From contig CBDCFW010000005.1 in NCBI GenBank assembly GCA_965216465.1, forward strand, positions 96,001-160,000: DNA of 64,000 nucleotides, read 5' to 3'. Source of the stretch: Bacteroidia bacterium (GTDB lineage: Bacteria; Bacteroidota; Bacteroidia; NS11-12g; UBA9320). The notes beneath the pieces were generated by a model that saw only the letters and a program-made list of their open reading frames with translations, did not search any database and had not been told where the DNA came from. Position numbers and translations under genes: made by a program. This document shows, piece after piece, positions 32,090-43,200 of this stretch (the stretch's first letter is position 1; each line of letters opens with the position of its first letter).

Positions 32090-33349
32090 ATGAAGTTAAT
32101 TGCTAAGGCTCTTGTGATGTTTACATTTCTTTCACTCGTTGGTTGCGGGATGAATGATCACGGTGAATTAATTGGTGTTCAAGGTAGAAGACCATGGTTC
32201 CACCCACAACCTTTCGGTACGGTTTATGTTCCTACGGGTACATTCCATACTGGACAAAGTGATGAGGACATCTTCCACACTTACATTGCTCCAAACAAGC
32301 AAATCTCAGTTCACGCTATGTGGGTTGACGATACCGAAATTACAAACAACGAATACCGTCAGTTTGTGAACTATGTTAAAGATAGTATTGCTCGAAGCAA
32401 CAAATATCTTGGATTGGTTAAAGAAAGTGGACAAGAAGAACACGAGATCTTAGACTACGACGAAGAATTCGATTGGGAAGAGTCTTATGAAGACTTAGAG
32501 CAAATGTTCTATCAAGGAAGAGATCGTTTCGAAGCAAGAAGACAAATCGATATCCGTAAGCTGGAGTATTACTACCAGTGGATTGACTTAAAAGCTGCTG
32601 CTAGACAAGATTACTTTAATTCTGACAGACCTTCTGTTATCAGAGAAAATACTGTAAAAATCTACCCAGATACTTTAGTATGGGTTAGAGACTTTACTTA
32701 TTCATACAACGAGCCAATGACTCGTCAGTACTTCAATCACCCTAAATATGATGATTATCCAGTAGTTGGAATCACTTGGCACCAAGCTAATGCATTCTGC
32801 AACTGGAGAACACGTTGGCTGAACAGATACTGGGAAACTCAAGACATGCCTATTACTGAGCATTGGAGACTTCCAACTGAGTTCGAATGGGAATTTGCAG
32901 CTCGTGGTGGTAGAGACAACAACATGTATCCTTGGGGTGGTCCTTACACTAGAAATAGTAAAGGATGTTTATTAGCAAACTTTAAGCCTAACCGTGGTAA
33001 CTATATGGCTGACGGTGGTTTATATCCTGTAAGAGCTGACTCTTACTTCCCTAACGATTACGGTTTGTATAATATGGCCGGAAACGTTGCAGAGTGGACA
33101 ATTTCAGCGTATGACGAATCTAGTCATCAATTCACTCACGATTTAAACTCTGACTTCCAAGTTGAAGCAGATGATAGAGGCCCATTAACCTTAAAACGTA
33201 AGGTTACGCGAGGTGGTAGCTGGAAAGACGTAGCGTACTTTATCCAAAACGGATCAAGATCGTACGAATACCAAGATACCTCTAAGTCGTTCATCGGGTT
33301 TAGATGTGTACAGACCTACATTGGTAGATCTGCTACGGATAGAAGATAA
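32090..33349 (+). CDS. gldK: Gliding motility/T9SS lipoprotein GldK (PorK)
   Basis: Lipobox LVGC, GELIGV, TEITNNEYRQF, RLPTEFEWEFAARGG FGE-like domain. Confidence 0.95.
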   Translation: MKLIAKALVMFTFLSLVGCGMNDHGELIGVQGRRPWFHPQPFGTVYVPTGTFHTGQSDEDIFHTYIAPNKQISVHAMWVDDTEITNNEYRQFVNYVKDSIARSNKYLGLVKESGQEEHEILDYDEEFDWEESYEDLEQMFYQGRDRFEARRQIDIRKLEYYYQWIDLKAAARQDYFNSDRPSVIRENTVKIYPDTLVWVRDFTYSYNEPMTRQYFNHPKYDDYPVVGITWHQANAFCNWRTRWLNRYWETQDMPITEHWRLPTEFEWEFAARGGRDNNMYPWGGPYTRNSKGCLLANFKPNRGNYMADGGLYPVRADSYFPNDYGLYNMAGNVAEWTISAYDESSHQFTHDLNSDFQVEADDRGPLTLKRKVTRGGSWKDVAYFIQNGSRSYEYQDTSKSFIGFRCVQTYIGRSATDRR

Positions 33350-33456
33350 GAACATTTTTTTAACCAAATACTAAATCTTATTTTCTTCCGTTAATATTTG
33401 ACAACATTTTAATAATTAATACTTAAACAATAAAAAACAACTTTAACTGAAAAATT

Positions 33457-34116
33457 ATGGCGAATTTTTTTGAATCGAAATCTGGAAAAAAAGTAATGGC
33501 TATGGCCTACGGAATTGGTGCATCTATTGTAATTGCGGGTGCATTATTTAAAATTCTTCACTGGCCTGGTGCTGACTTAATGCTAATTGTTGGTATGTCT
33601 ACTGAGGCATTCATTTTCTTTCTTTCTGCTTTCGAACCATTACACGAAGAATGGGACTGGAGCCTTGTTTATCCTGAATTAGCAGGAATGGAAGGTTCAA
33701 GAGAAGCTGCAAAAGTTGGAGCAGGTGATTCTGTTTCTCAACAATTAGACAGCATGTTATCTGAAGCTAAAATTGGTCCAGACCTTATTGAAGGTTTAGG
33801 AACTGGTTTAAAATCTCTTTCTAGCAACGTAAGCTCAATGGCTGATTTGTCAGGAGCAACTGTAGCTACTAAGGAATATGCTGAAAACGTTCACAGAGCG
33901 AATGAGCAATTAATGGGTATGAACTCTTCATACACTAGAGCGGTATCTGCGTTAGAAAGCTTATCTGAAACTACTGAGTCTTTCAAAGAGACTACTAGTA
34001 AAGTTGCAAGCATCAACCAAACATTGAACGACAACTTAGTAAGTTTCGATCAAAATATCCAAAACTTAAACAAAGTTTACGGTGGTATGCTTAACGCAAT
34101 GAGACCAAATAGCTAA
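33457..34116 (+). CDS. gldL: T9SS/gliding motor protein GldL (PorL)
   Basis: YGIGASIVIAGALFKILHW, TEAFIFFLSAFEP, WSLVYPEL, LNKVYGGML. Confidence 0.96.
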   Translation: MANFFESKSGKKVMAMAYGIGASIVIAGALFKILHWPGADLMLIVGMSTEAFIFFLSAFEPLHEEWDWSLVYPELAGMEGSREAAKVGAGDSVSQQLDSMLSEAKIGPDLIEGLGTGLKSLSSNVSSMADLSGATVATKEYAENVHRANEQLMGMNSSYTRAVSALESLSETTESFKETTSKVASINQTLNDNLVSFDQNIQNLNKVYGGMLNAMRPNS

Positions 34117-34155
34117 TCCTAACCATAATTTTTAACTGATTAAAATTAACTAATT

Positions 34156-35742
34156 ATGGCAGGAGCTAAATTATCACCGCGGCAGAAGATGATTAACATG
34201 ATGTACTTGGTACTCATGGCACTTCTTGCCCTTAACGTTTCTAAGGAAATACTTAAATCTTTCTTCTTCTTTGAGCAAAGTTTTAATGCGGCAGCTGTAA
34301 ACATCGATTCTAAAAACGCAGCTACCATGGCAGCGTTCGATAAGAACATGAAAACTGCGGCAGCTAAAACTAAGCCTTACTACGAAAGAGCTAAAGCTGT
34401 ACAAGCTGAAGCTGCTGATTTCTACAAGTATATCGATGATATGAAAAAACTTGTTGAAGAGTGGTACGGAGGTAGAGAAGATGGACCTAACTCTCCTTTG
34501 ACTGTACCTGATCAAATGGAGAAACATGCTAAATACTTTACCGATAATAAAAAGGCAAAAGGTTTAGAGTTTAAAGATAAAATTAACAGCACAAGAGATG
34601 CAATGCTTGAGTACTTAAAGCCTGGTAAAGATTCTGTAAAGATCAATGACAACAAGCTTTATGATGAAGCACTTCATGCATGTCAGTTACACGCCGATGA
34701 GCCAGAAGGTAAAGGTGTTAACAAAAAAGACTGGGTGAGTGAAACACTTGAGCACCAACCAGCTGCTGGTTTAATGACTTTCTTAGCTAGAATCAAGAAC
34801 GATGCTAAAACATTAGAATCTGATATTCTTGAGAAACTTGCTAAGCAAATTGATGCAACTGACTACAAATTTGATAAGCTAGAAGCAAAAGTATTGGCTT
34901 CAAGTAACTACATCATGCAAGGTGAAAATTACGAAGCAGATATCTTACTAGTAGCTTCTAACTCTAAAGGTAACCCTACTGTTAAAGTTGGAGAGACTGA
35001 AATTAGTGTTGAAGGTGGTGTTGGTAAATACAGCGTTGCTGCATCAGGTATCGGTCCTAAATCTTTCTCTGGAGAGATTATTGTAATGGGGCCTGACGGA
35101 GTAGCAAAGCCTTACCCATTCGAAGCAGAATACCAAGTGTTCAAACCTGCAGCTACTATTGCAGCTACAGAAATGAACCTTCTTTATAAAGGTATTGATA
35201 ACCCAATGTCTATTTCAGTTCCTGGATTTAGTGCAGCAGACGTGAAAATCTCTGCTCCTGGTATCCGATTGAGTAACAAAGGAGGAGGAAACTACAATGC
35301 GAAAGTTCCATCTAGCACAAACGGTGAAATCACTATCAGTGCAGCAGTTACTGTTGATGGAGTTACTAAACGTGTAGGTTCTCAGAAGTTTAGAGTAAGA
35401 AGTTTACCACAACCAACAGCTCAGTTAGGTGGTATTCCAAACGACGGTTTACCAAAAGGTAAAGCTTCTGTTTCTGCTCAGAGTTCACTATTGGCTACTA
35501 TGGGTGCTGGATTTGCATACAACTTAAAGTACAGAGTTACTGGCTTTAAAATGATTGTTGCATACAAGCGTAAGCCACCAGTTCAAGCACAGTCAAATAG
35601 CGGTGCTTTAACCGGTCAAATGAAGTCTATGATTAGATCTGCAGGGCCTGGTGATAGAATTTTATTTGAAGGAATTAGAGCAACTGAAGCCAAGTATGGT
35701 TTCAAAGCGAATTTGAGTCCAATTATTATAACCATACGATAA
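34156..35742 (+). CDS. gldM: T9SS/gliding motor protein GldM (PorM)
   Basis: SPRQKMINMMYLVLMALLALNVSKE; MNLLYKGIDNP. Confidence 0.96.
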   Translation: MAGAKLSPRQKMINMMYLVLMALLALNVSKEILKSFFFFEQSFNAAAVNIDSKNAATMAAFDKNMKTAAAKTKPYYERAKAVQAEAADFYKYIDDMKKLVEEWYGGREDGPNSPLTVPDQMEKHAKYFTDNKKAKGLEFKDKINSTRDAMLEYLKPGKDSVKINDNKLYDEALHACQLHADEPEGKGVNKKDWVSETLEHQPAAGLMTFLARIKNDAKTLESDILEKLAKQIDATDYKFDKLEAKVLASSNYIMQGENYEADILLVASNSKGNPTVKVGETEISVEGGVGKYSVAASGIGPKSFSGEIIVMGPDGVAKPYPFEAEYQVFKPAATIAATEMNLLYKGIDNPMSISVPGFSAADVKISAPGIRLSNKGGGNYNAKVPSSTNGEITISAAVTVDGVTKRVGSQKFRVRSLPQPTAQLGGIPNDGLPKGKASVSAQSSLLATMGAGFAYNLKYRVTGFKMIVAYKRKPPVQAQSNSGALTGQMKSMIRSAGPGDRILFEGIRATEAKYGFKANLSPIIITIR

Positions 35743-35784
35743 TTGATTCAATTTTCGTTACTTTTGTAAAATAGATATAAAGAT

Positions 35785-36618
35785 ATGAAGAAAATACTGG
35801 TAATATTATTCGCCTTGTTACTTACCGGATTCGGTGCAGACGCTCAAATTAGCAAATTTGAGGACTATACATACCCTCACACTGCTGTGAAGGAACGTAA
35901 AGCTGTTCCATATCGTTATATTCGAGAAGCTAATGTTAAGTGGAGTAAAAGAATCCACCGCATTATAGATGTTAGAGAGAAACAAAATAAAGTAATGCAC
36001 TGGCCACGTAACCCATTCTATCTAATCGTGTGGAATGCAGCGATGAACGGTGACGTTACAGCTTATGTGAATGACTCTTTAACTTCAATGGTTACACCAG
36101 AAGATATTCTAAAACAAGTGAGTATCGAAACAACTGTTATGGTGCCAAACCCAGACAATCCAGATGATCCTTATGATCTTGTTCCTACAACCGTTAAGGA
36201 GACTTACGAGCCGAGCAAGATTGTTAAGTATCGTATTATGGAAGACTGGATTTTTGATTACAATTACTCTGATTTCAGAGCCAGAATCATCGCAATTGCA
36301 CCTCTTTGGAGACCGATTACAGAGTCTGGTTTGGAGTTAGGCGAAACGCCAATGTATTGGATCAAAATGGATGACCTTAGATCAACACTTGCTAATCAAG
36401 AGGTATTTAACTCGAAGAATGATGCTGCAAGAATGAGCTTTGATCACTGGTTCCAAATGAGACAGTTTAACAGCTACATCGTTAAAGAAAGTAACATGTA
36501 CGATTTAGACATCGCTTACTTTGAAGAATTTAAAGATGATGGTGTTGCTTCGCTTCTAGAAAGTGACAGAATTAAAAACGATTTATTCATTCTCGAGCAC
36601 GACCTTTGGGAGTATTAA
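35785..36618 (+). CDS. gldN: Gliding motility protein GldN (PorN)
   Basis: REANVKWSKRI, EDWIFD, RIIAIAP, EHDLWEY C-terminus. Confidence 0.94.
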   Translation: MKKILVILFALLLTGFGADAQISKFEDYTYPHTAVKERKAVPYRYIREANVKWSKRIHRIIDVREKQNKVMHWPRNPFYLIVWNAAMNGDVTAYVNDSLTSMVTPEDILKQVSIETTVMVPNPDNPDDPYDLVPTTVKETYEPSKIVKYRIMEDWIFDYNYSDFRARIIAIAPLWRPITESGLELGETPMYWIKMDDLRSTLANQEVFNSKNDAARMSFDHWFQMRQFNSYIVKESNMYDLDIAYFEEFKDDGVASLLESDRIKNDLFILEHDLWEY

Positions 36619-36634
36619 TCGAGAGAGATATCAT

Positions 36635-36666
36635 AAAAAAAGGGAACCAAATGGTTCCCTTTTTTT
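36635..36666. terminator. Bidirectional intrinsic terminator between gldN and the thiolase gene
   Basis: A-run, GGGAACCA-AA-TGGTTCCC, T-run between convergent genes. Confidence 0.85.
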
Positions 36667-36682
36667 GTGTGTTAATATTCTG

Positions 36683-37882
36683 TTAGCATTTCTTAAATAC
36701 AACAGCTACCCCCTGCCCCACTCCTATACACATCGTAGCAAGTGCATACTTGGCAGAGTTACGTTTTTTAAGCTCGTGCATCAGCGTGCTCGTTATACGT
36801 GCCCCTGACGCTCCTAAAGGGTGCCCAATCGCTATAGAGCCTCCATTAACATTAATAATATCAGGATTTAAATCTAAATCGCGTATACAGGCTATTGCTT
36901 GTGCGGCAAATGCTTCATTAAGTTCAATTAGATCCAAGTCGTTTGTGGTTATTCCCGCTCTTTTAAGTGCTTTTTGTGTTGCAGGAACTGGACCTATGCC
37001 CATAATGTCTGGATGAACTCCAGCAGCTGCACTAGAAACAACTTCGGCAATGGGCTCTAGATTGTATCGTTTAAGAGCGTCTTCTGAAACAACAAGAAGA
37101 GCCGCTGCACCATCATTCACACCTGAAGCATTTCCAGCCGTCACAGTACCATCCTTCTTAAAAGCTGGTCGTAAACTGGCTAGCTTCTCTACTGAACTTA
37201 GTCTTGGGTGCTCATCTGTATCAAAAATTAAATCTTCAGCCTTTCTTTGAGGAACACGTACCGGAATAATCTCATCGTTAAACTTACCTGCTTCGTGAGC
37301 TGCCTGATATTTTTGTTGCGTGTGATGTGCAAATTCATCTTGCTCTTCACGTGTAATTCCATATTTCTCAACTACATTCTCAGCAGTTTCTCCCATAGCG
37401 TATGGAAAATACATTTCCGAGAGTTTTGGATTTATGAACCTCCATCCTATTGATGTATCATAAATCTTATTGCTTCTGCTGTATGCTGTTTCGGCTTTTG
37501 GAAGAATAAACGGAGCCCGGGTCATGCTCTCAACACCTCCAGCAATAAACATATCACCGTATCCCACGGCTATGTTTTTAGACACATCGGCAACAGCCTG
37601 TAAGCTGCTCGCACATAATCTATTAATGGTCAATCCTGGAACAGTTACTGGTAATCCAGCCATAAGTGCACTCATTCGCGCCACATTACGATTGTCTTCA
37701 CCAGCTTGGTTAGCTGCTCCAAAAACTACGTCCTCAATTTCATTTACATCAATTGAAGGATTTCTTTCAACAATTGCCTTAATCACATCGGTAGCCAAAT
37801 CATCAGGCCGAACCGATGCTAGGCTTCCTCCAAACTTTCCAACTGCAGTTCTTGCAGCATCAACAATAAATGCTCTTTTCAT
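36683..37882 (-). CDS. Thiolase (PcaF/PaaJ-like 3-oxoacyl-CoA thiolase)
   Basis: NQAGEDNRNVAR, NRLCAS, NEAFA, GHPLGASG, MCIGVGQG. Confidence 0.92.
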   Translation of the reverse strand: MKRAFIVDAARTAVGKFGGSLASVRPDDLATDVIKAIVERNPSIDVNEIEDVVFGAANQAGEDNRNVARMSALMAGLPVTVPGLTINRLCASSLQAVADVSKNIAVGYGDMFIAGGVESMTRAPFILPKAETAYSRSNKIYDTSIGWRFINPKLSEMYFPYAMGETAENVVEKYGITREEQDEFAHHTQQKYQAAHEAGKFNDEIIPVRVPQRKAEDLIFDTDEHPRLSSVEKLASLRPAFKKDGTVTAGNASGVNDGAAALLVVSEDALKRYNLEPIAEVVSSAAAGVHPDIMGIGPVPATQKALKRAGITTNDLDLIELNEAFAAQAIACIRDLDLNPDIINVNGGSIAIGHPLGASGARITSTLMHELKKRNSAKYALATMCIGVGQGVAVVFKKC

Positions 37883-38024
37883 TTCGCAAGCAAAAATACT
37901 ATTTATTCTACGCTAATTTTGGACCTTTAATGTTGTCCGATACTTATATAACCAATGAAGCGGTGTAAAAGATTTCTTAATAAGTTTATACAACATCCTT
38001 TCAGGTGAGTATTACATTTGCTTT

Positions 38025-38495
38025 ATGATTCAACGACCACAGACATTATATTTTCTAGCGATGATCGCAATATGTGTAATGCTATTGTTTACAGACACCG
38101 TTTTCTATTCGGCAGAGAGTAATAATGCAGATGGTAAATTTACCGTTGAGTATGATGAAACTGAAATCACTGCTGAAGATGGAACCTCCAAAGAATCAAA
38201 CATTTACCTTTCTATGTTCTTAGGAGCAGTTGGCTTTTTGGCCTTAGCTTCTCTTGTCGTATTTAAGAATCGAAAGCTTCAAACTTTGCTTTCTGGATTC
38301 AACTATTTATTCATCTTAGGTTTGATCGTAATGATGTATATGTATAGCATTAACATGAATTACTTTCAAGATGGCACATCGTCTTTTACCTTCTTCTCAG
38401 CAATACCCGTTGCTCTCTTGATTCTTAATTTCCTAGCAATGCGAAACATTAAGAAAGACGAGCAACTTATCAGATCTATGGATCGACTTCGATAA
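38025..38495 (+). CDS. DUF4293-family membrane protein
   Basis: MIQRPQTLY, FKNRKLQ, IKKDEQLIRSMDRLR. Confidence 0.85.
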   Translation: MIQRPQTLYFLAMIAICVMLLFTDTVFYSAESNNADGKFTVEYDETEITAEDGTSKESNIYLSMFLGAVGFLALASLVVFKNRKLQTLLSGFNYLFILGLIVMMYMYSINMNYFQDGTSSFTFFSAIPVALLILNFLAMRNIKKDEQLIRSMDRLR

Positions 38496-38497
38496 AC

Positions 38498-40126
38498 TTG
38501 AAAATTCTAGAAGCACATAACTTTAGTGTTCGGTTTAAAACGAATACAGGCAGCACATTTACAGCTGTTAAGGATATAAGCTTCAGTATTGAGCAAGGTC
38601 AAATTTTAGGGCTTATTGGAGAAAGCGGAAGTGGCAAGTCAGTGGCTAGTCAAAGCTTAACTCGCCTAATAGAGTCCGCAAGCCTAGAAGGCGAAGTCAA
38701 TTTCGTCTATAAGGAAAAGGAATACAACCTTACAAACTGCTCTGAAACAGAACTTATAAAACTGAGACAAGAAGCTATTGCTTATATCTTTCAAGAACCT
38801 ATGACTGCTTTAAATCCACTTATTAAATGTGGTGCACAAATACTTGAAGAAGCGAAACAAAACAGTGATGAATACCTAAAAGAACTCTTAAACAAGGTAG
38901 AACTCACTGATTTTAAACGCGTTGCAAACAGTTATCCGCACGAATTAAGTGGCGGTCAACGACAACGAATCATGATTGCCATGGCTCTAGCAAAGAATCC
39001 GCAACTTTTAATTGCAGATGAACCGACCACTGCACTTGATGTTGCAGTTCAAACAGAGATTTTAAACCTGCTAAGAAATTTAAGCAGATCTGAAAACATG
39101 GCGATTCTCTTTATTACGCACGACCTGTTATCTCTGCAAAATTTTGCAGACAATATTGCGGTTATGTACAAAGGTGAATTAGTTGAGCAAGGAACGGCAA
39201 ATCAAATCCTTAACCAACCGAGCCATCCATACACAAAAGCATTAATTCAAAGCCGAGCAACCTACAACAAAAAGGGACTAAAGCTTTCAGAAATTGATAA
39301 ACTGATTGCCTTTGATAATGGAAAGATGGTTTACACCGAAAACACAAACCAACCCATTGAACCACAGGACATTACTGACATTTCTACAATTAGCGTCAGT
39401 CAGCTTTCTAAGTCACATATAAAGAAATCGTTATTTAAAAAGAACGAAACCAAGGTGTTACACGACATTGACTTTGAACTTTGTCAAGGTGATACTTTGG
39501 GATTAATTGGAGAGAGTGGAAGCGGTAAAAGTACAATAGCTAAAATTCTACTTTCCATCTGGCCTGCGAGCGGAGGGCAAGTAACTTTAGACGGAAATAA
39601 TTTGAATGCAGTTGATAATCTCGCTGAGAAAATACAGTTAGTTTTTCAAGACCCTTTTTCATCACTTAACCCAAAACACAAGGTAGGGAAAGCCATAGGA
39701 GAAGTGGTAAAATCAATAGGAATAAAGAAACCCAAAGAGCGAGTTGTAGAATTGCTGGAATCTGTTGGACTGGATTCCGAAGCATATTCTAAGTATCCAC
39801 ACGAGTTTTCAGGTGGGCAACGTCAGCGTATTTGTATTGCAAAAGCACTGGCTAAGAATCCTAAAATAATTGTTCTTGATGAGGCAGTATCAGCCTTGGA
39901 TGTAAGTGTACAAGCAAAAATTTTAAATTTACTTAACCAATTAAAAACAGACAATAAACTCACTTATTTGTTAATTAGTCACGACATGAATGTAGTGAGT
40001 TATTTCTGTAACAAAATAATCGTGCTTAAAGAAGGACGAATTGTTGAAAGTGGAGATACAGATGAGTTGATAAAAAACCCTTCATCTCCGTACACTAAAG
40101 AACTTCTAGAACACAGCATTAATTAA
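38498..40126 (+). CDS. ABC transporter ATP-binding protein with two NBDs (Dpp/Opp/Yej-type)
   Basis: Two GESGSGKS and two YPHE(L/F)SGGQRQR motifs. Confidence 0.92.
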   Translation: MKILEAHNFSVRFKTNTGSTFTAVKDISFSIEQGQILGLIGESGSGKSVASQSLTRLIESASLEGEVNFVYKEKEYNLTNCSETELIKLRQEAIAYIFQEPMTALNPLIKCGAQILEEAKQNSDEYLKELLNKVELTDFKRVANSYPHELSGGQRQRIMIAMALAKNPQLLIADEPTTALDVAVQTEILNLLRNLSRSENMAILFITHDLLSLQNFADNIAVMYKGELVEQGTANQILNQPSHPYTKALIQSRATYNKKGLKLSEIDKLIAFDNGKMVYTENTNQPIEPQDITDISTISVSQLSKSHIKKSLFKKNETKVLHDIDFELCQGDTLGLIGESGSGKSTIAKILLSIWPASGGQVTLDGNNLNAVDNLAEKIQLVFQDPFSSLNPKHKVGKAIGEVVKSIGIKKPKERVVELLESVGLDSEAYSKYPHEFSGGQRQRICIAKALAKNPKIIVLDEAVSALDVSVQAKILNLLNQLKTDNKLTYLLISHDMNVVSYFCNKIIVLKEGRIVESGDTDELIKNPSSPYTKELLEHSIN

Positions 40127-40132
40127 GCCCCA

Positions 40133-42244
40133 TTGAAGAAAAAGAATAAACGAATTAGGAAATCTGACGACTACAGTCAAGTACTCAATGTGCTTATCTC
40201 TCTTGCGAATAAAGCACTGAATTACAAGCAAGTATCGTCAAAACTTCCAGATATCCCACGCAAAGATGTTGCGATTACACTCGAACTTTTAGCTCGAGAT
40301 GGAAAGATTGAACGTGTGAATCGAGGACAGTACATGTACCGTAAAACAAGCGATGAGATCATCGGTGTTCTTGACTTTAACCAACGCGGAGATGCCTACT
40401 TGGTTGCTGACAACTTAGACAAGGATTTAAAAATAAAACCTGGCCACACCCTCGATGCCTTTGATGGAGACGAGGTGGCTGTTAAACTGGTATATTCAAG
40501 GAAAAGCAGCAGCGTAAAAGCCTTTGTAACTGAAGTTTTAAGTCGAGCACGAACGAGTTTTGTAGGCGTTGTTTCACAAGCAGGAAATGCCTATTTTATT
40601 GTACCTGACAACACCAAGATACATACGGACTTTTATGTTCCAAAAGAACGTTTAAAGGGAGCTGAACACGGTGATAAGGTTTTATTCACGTATCGAAACT
40701 GGCCGCCAAATGCCAAAAACCCGTATGCTAGCATTAAGCAAATTTTTGGCAAGACAGGCGACAACAATGCTGAGATGCACGCAATTGTAGCCGAGTTTGG
40801 ATTTGATACAGAATTTGATCCAAGAGTGGAGAAGGCTGCAAAAGCCCTATCTCCAGGAATTACAAAAGATGAAATTGCTAAACGAGAGGATTATCGTACT
40901 ATAACGACATTCACGATTGACCCTGTAGATGCCAAAGACTTTGATGATGCCTTGAGTTTTAAGACATTAGACAATGGTAATTACGAAATTGGAGTTCATA
41001 TTGCTGACGTTTCGCATTACGTTCAACCTCAAGACCTTATAGATGAAGAAGCTTTGAGACGGGCTACTTCAGTATATCTTGTAGACCGGACAATTCCGAT
41101 GCTTCCGGAAAGCTTGTCAAATGAAATATGTTCGTTAAGGCCAAATGAAGAGTCACTTTGTTTCGCCGTAATCTTTGAACTTGATGATTCAGGCACAGTT
41201 TGCAATTACCGCTTTGCAAAAACAGTGATTTACTCTGACCGACGCTTTGCTTATGAAGAAGCCCAAGACGTTATAGAGTCTGGTAAAGGTGATTATTCAG
41301 ACGAGATAACTAAAATGAACAGTCTCGCTCTAAAGATTAAAGAGGCTCGCTATAAAAATGGGGCGATTAATTTCGAGACAACTGAGTTTCGCTTTAATCT
41401 TGACAAAAATGGCAAGCCTACCGCAGTTTACCCCAAAGTGAGGAAGGAGGCCCATAAAATGATTGAGGAGTATATGTTATTAGCAAATAAGTACGTTGCT
41501 ATGCACCTGTATGTCAAAAATAACAAGACCCCTCTTCCCTATCGCGTTCATGAGGAGCCATCTCAAGAGAAGTTACAGGAGTTTGCTGAAACAGCATTGA
41601 ACTTCGGATACAAGATTGATATAACAGATCACAAGCAGCTATCGCGTTCAATAAATGAAATGGTCGCAAAAGTGCAAGGAACCTTAGACGGCGACATTTT
41701 GCAGCCAATGGCCATTCGAAGTATGGAAAAGGCGTATTACACGAGTAAAAAGATTGGCCATTTTGGACTCGCATTTGACCACTATGCCCATTTTACCTCT
41801 CCTATCCGTCGTTACCCCGATTTAATAACACATCGTATGCTGCATGACTATCTACTTAAGAAAAAGTCATTTAACTACAATGATGTTGAACGAATGGCAA
41901 AGCACAGCAGTGGTCAAGAACAGAAAGCTGTAAGTGCAGAGCGTGCTTCAACCAAGTACAAGCAAGTTGAGTACTTGAGTAATTTTAAGGGTGAAGAATT
42001 TGAAGGAATAATAAGTGGAGTAACCGAATGGGGAATCTACGTAGAGATTATTGAAAATAAGTGTGAAGGAATGATTCGTTTACGCGATATGAAGGGAGAC
42101 AAGTACGCCTATCATCCCGACAAGCGAATTGTTGTTGGGCAACGCTCGAAAGAAGAGTTTAGCATGGGGATGAGGCTTTGGATAAGAGTTAAGAATACCA
42201 ATTTAGATAGAAGAACAATTGATTTTGAATTAGTTAGAGAATGA
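40133..42244 (+). CDS. rnr: Ribonuclease R
   Basis: TIDPVDAKDFDDA, HIADVSHYV, HFTSPIRRYPD, C-terminal S1 domain. Confidence 0.95.
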   Translation: MKKKNKRIRKSDDYSQVLNVLISLANKALNYKQVSSKLPDIPRKDVAITLELLARDGKIERVNRGQYMYRKTSDEIIGVLDFNQRGDAYLVADNLDKDLKIKPGHTLDAFDGDEVAVKLVYSRKSSSVKAFVTEVLSRARTSFVGVVSQAGNAYFIVPDNTKIHTDFYVPKERLKGAEHGDKVLFTYRNWPPNAKNPYASIKQIFGKTGDNNAEMHAIVAEFGFDTEFDPRVEKAAKALSPGITKDEIAKREDYRTITTFTIDPVDAKDFDDALSFKTLDNGNYEIGVHIADVSHYVQPQDLIDEEALRRATSVYLVDRTIPMLPESLSNEICSLRPNEESLCFAVIFELDDSGTVCNYRFAKTVIYSDRRFAYEEAQDVIESGKGDYSDEITKMNSLALKIKEARYKNGAINFETTEFRFNLDKNGKPTAVYPKVRKEAHKMIEEYMLLANKYVAMHLYVKNNKTPLPYRVHEEPSQEKLQEFAETALNFGYKIDITDHKQLSRSINEMVAKVQGTLDGDILQPMAIRSMEKAYYTSKKIGHFGLAFDHYAHFTSPIRRYPDLITHRMLHDYLLKKKSFNYNDVERMAKHSSGQEQKAVSAERASTKYKQVEYLSNFKGEEFEGIISGVTEWGIYVEIIENKCEGMIRLRDMKGDKYAYHPDKRIVVGQRSKEEFSMGMRLWIRVKNTNLDRRTIDFELVRE

Positions 42245-43200
42245 TAAAACTGCAAGAATTATTGAATGATTTTAAGCCGTCGTTAGAGCGAATTACTAGC
42301 TTTTCTGGTGAGCCAAAGGAAGTTTATGACCCCATAAATTACATTTTAGATTTGGGAGGAAAGCGCATTCGTCCAGCTCTGGTTTTGGCATCCTATCGAT
42401 TGTATAATGACACCTATTCTGATGAGGTTTTCAAGCTTGCCGAAGCGGTTGAAATGTTCCATAATTTCACTCTTTTGCACGATGATATAATGGATAATGC
42501 TACTATGCGTAGAGGCAAGGAAACTGCTCACATTAAGTGGAATGAGCCTACGGCAATCTTATCCGGTGATTTACTTCAAATAAAAGTATACGAAAAATTA
42601 GGGCAGATAGGCAATGTTCAAGTAACAGACTTGTTTACTAAAATGGCTATTGAGCTATGTGAAGGTCAGATGAATGACATGTTGTTTGAAACGCGATCGG
42701 ATGTTAGCAATGATCAGTATTTGGGTATGATTAGGCAAAAAACGGCTGTCTTACTGGCTTTTGCGATGCAAGGAGGTGCATTGTTGGGAGGAGCGAATTT
42801 AGAGCAATCTGGAAAGTTATACGACCTAGGCATTCAGTTGGGAATGACATTTCAGCTAATGGACGACTACCTTGACACATTTGGCTCCAGTGCAAAGGTT
42901 GGTAAGCGTATTGGAGGTGACATTCTCGAAAGAAAGAAGACATATTTATGGAATGCGATGTGGTCTACTTTAAGGAGTTCTCAAAAGGAAGAAGTCGATT
43001 CGTGGTATAATATGTCAGAGGAAGAAACAATTGAAAAAGTACGAGCTTTAATGATTGAGGTTGGTGCCGATCAAATCACGCTTCAGCTAGCCCAAAAATA
43101 CACCCAAGATTGTCAGCTGCAGCTAGAAGAGTTGGCTGTAGAAGGTGATAGATCCTATCTTGCGGAGATTGTTGAGTTGCTCGTATCTCGAGAGAGCTAG
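42241..43200 (+). CDS. Polyprenyl synthetase (IspA-like)
   Basis: GGKRIRP, LLHDDIMD...RRG, FQLMDDYLD. Confidence 0.92.
   Translation: MIKLQELLNDFKPSLERITSFSGEPKEVYDPINYILDLGGKRIRPALVLASYRLYNDTYSDEVFKLAEAVEMFHNFTLLHDDIMDNATMRRGKETAHIKWNEPTAILSGDLLQIKVYEKLGQIGNVQVTDLFTKMAIELCEGQMNDMLFETRSDVSNDQYLGMIRQKTAVLLAFAMQGGALLGGANLEQSGKLYDLGIQLGMTFQLMDDYLDTFGSSAKVGKRIGGDILERKKTYLWNAMWSTLRSSQKEEVDSWYNMSEEETIEKVRALMIEVGADQITLQLAQKYTQDCQLQLEELAVEGDRSYLAEIVELLVSRES

Noticed and set aside
30913-36618. porP-gldKLMN cluster as a novel system
   Set aside because: It is the well-known T9SS/gliding core locus in its usual gene order.
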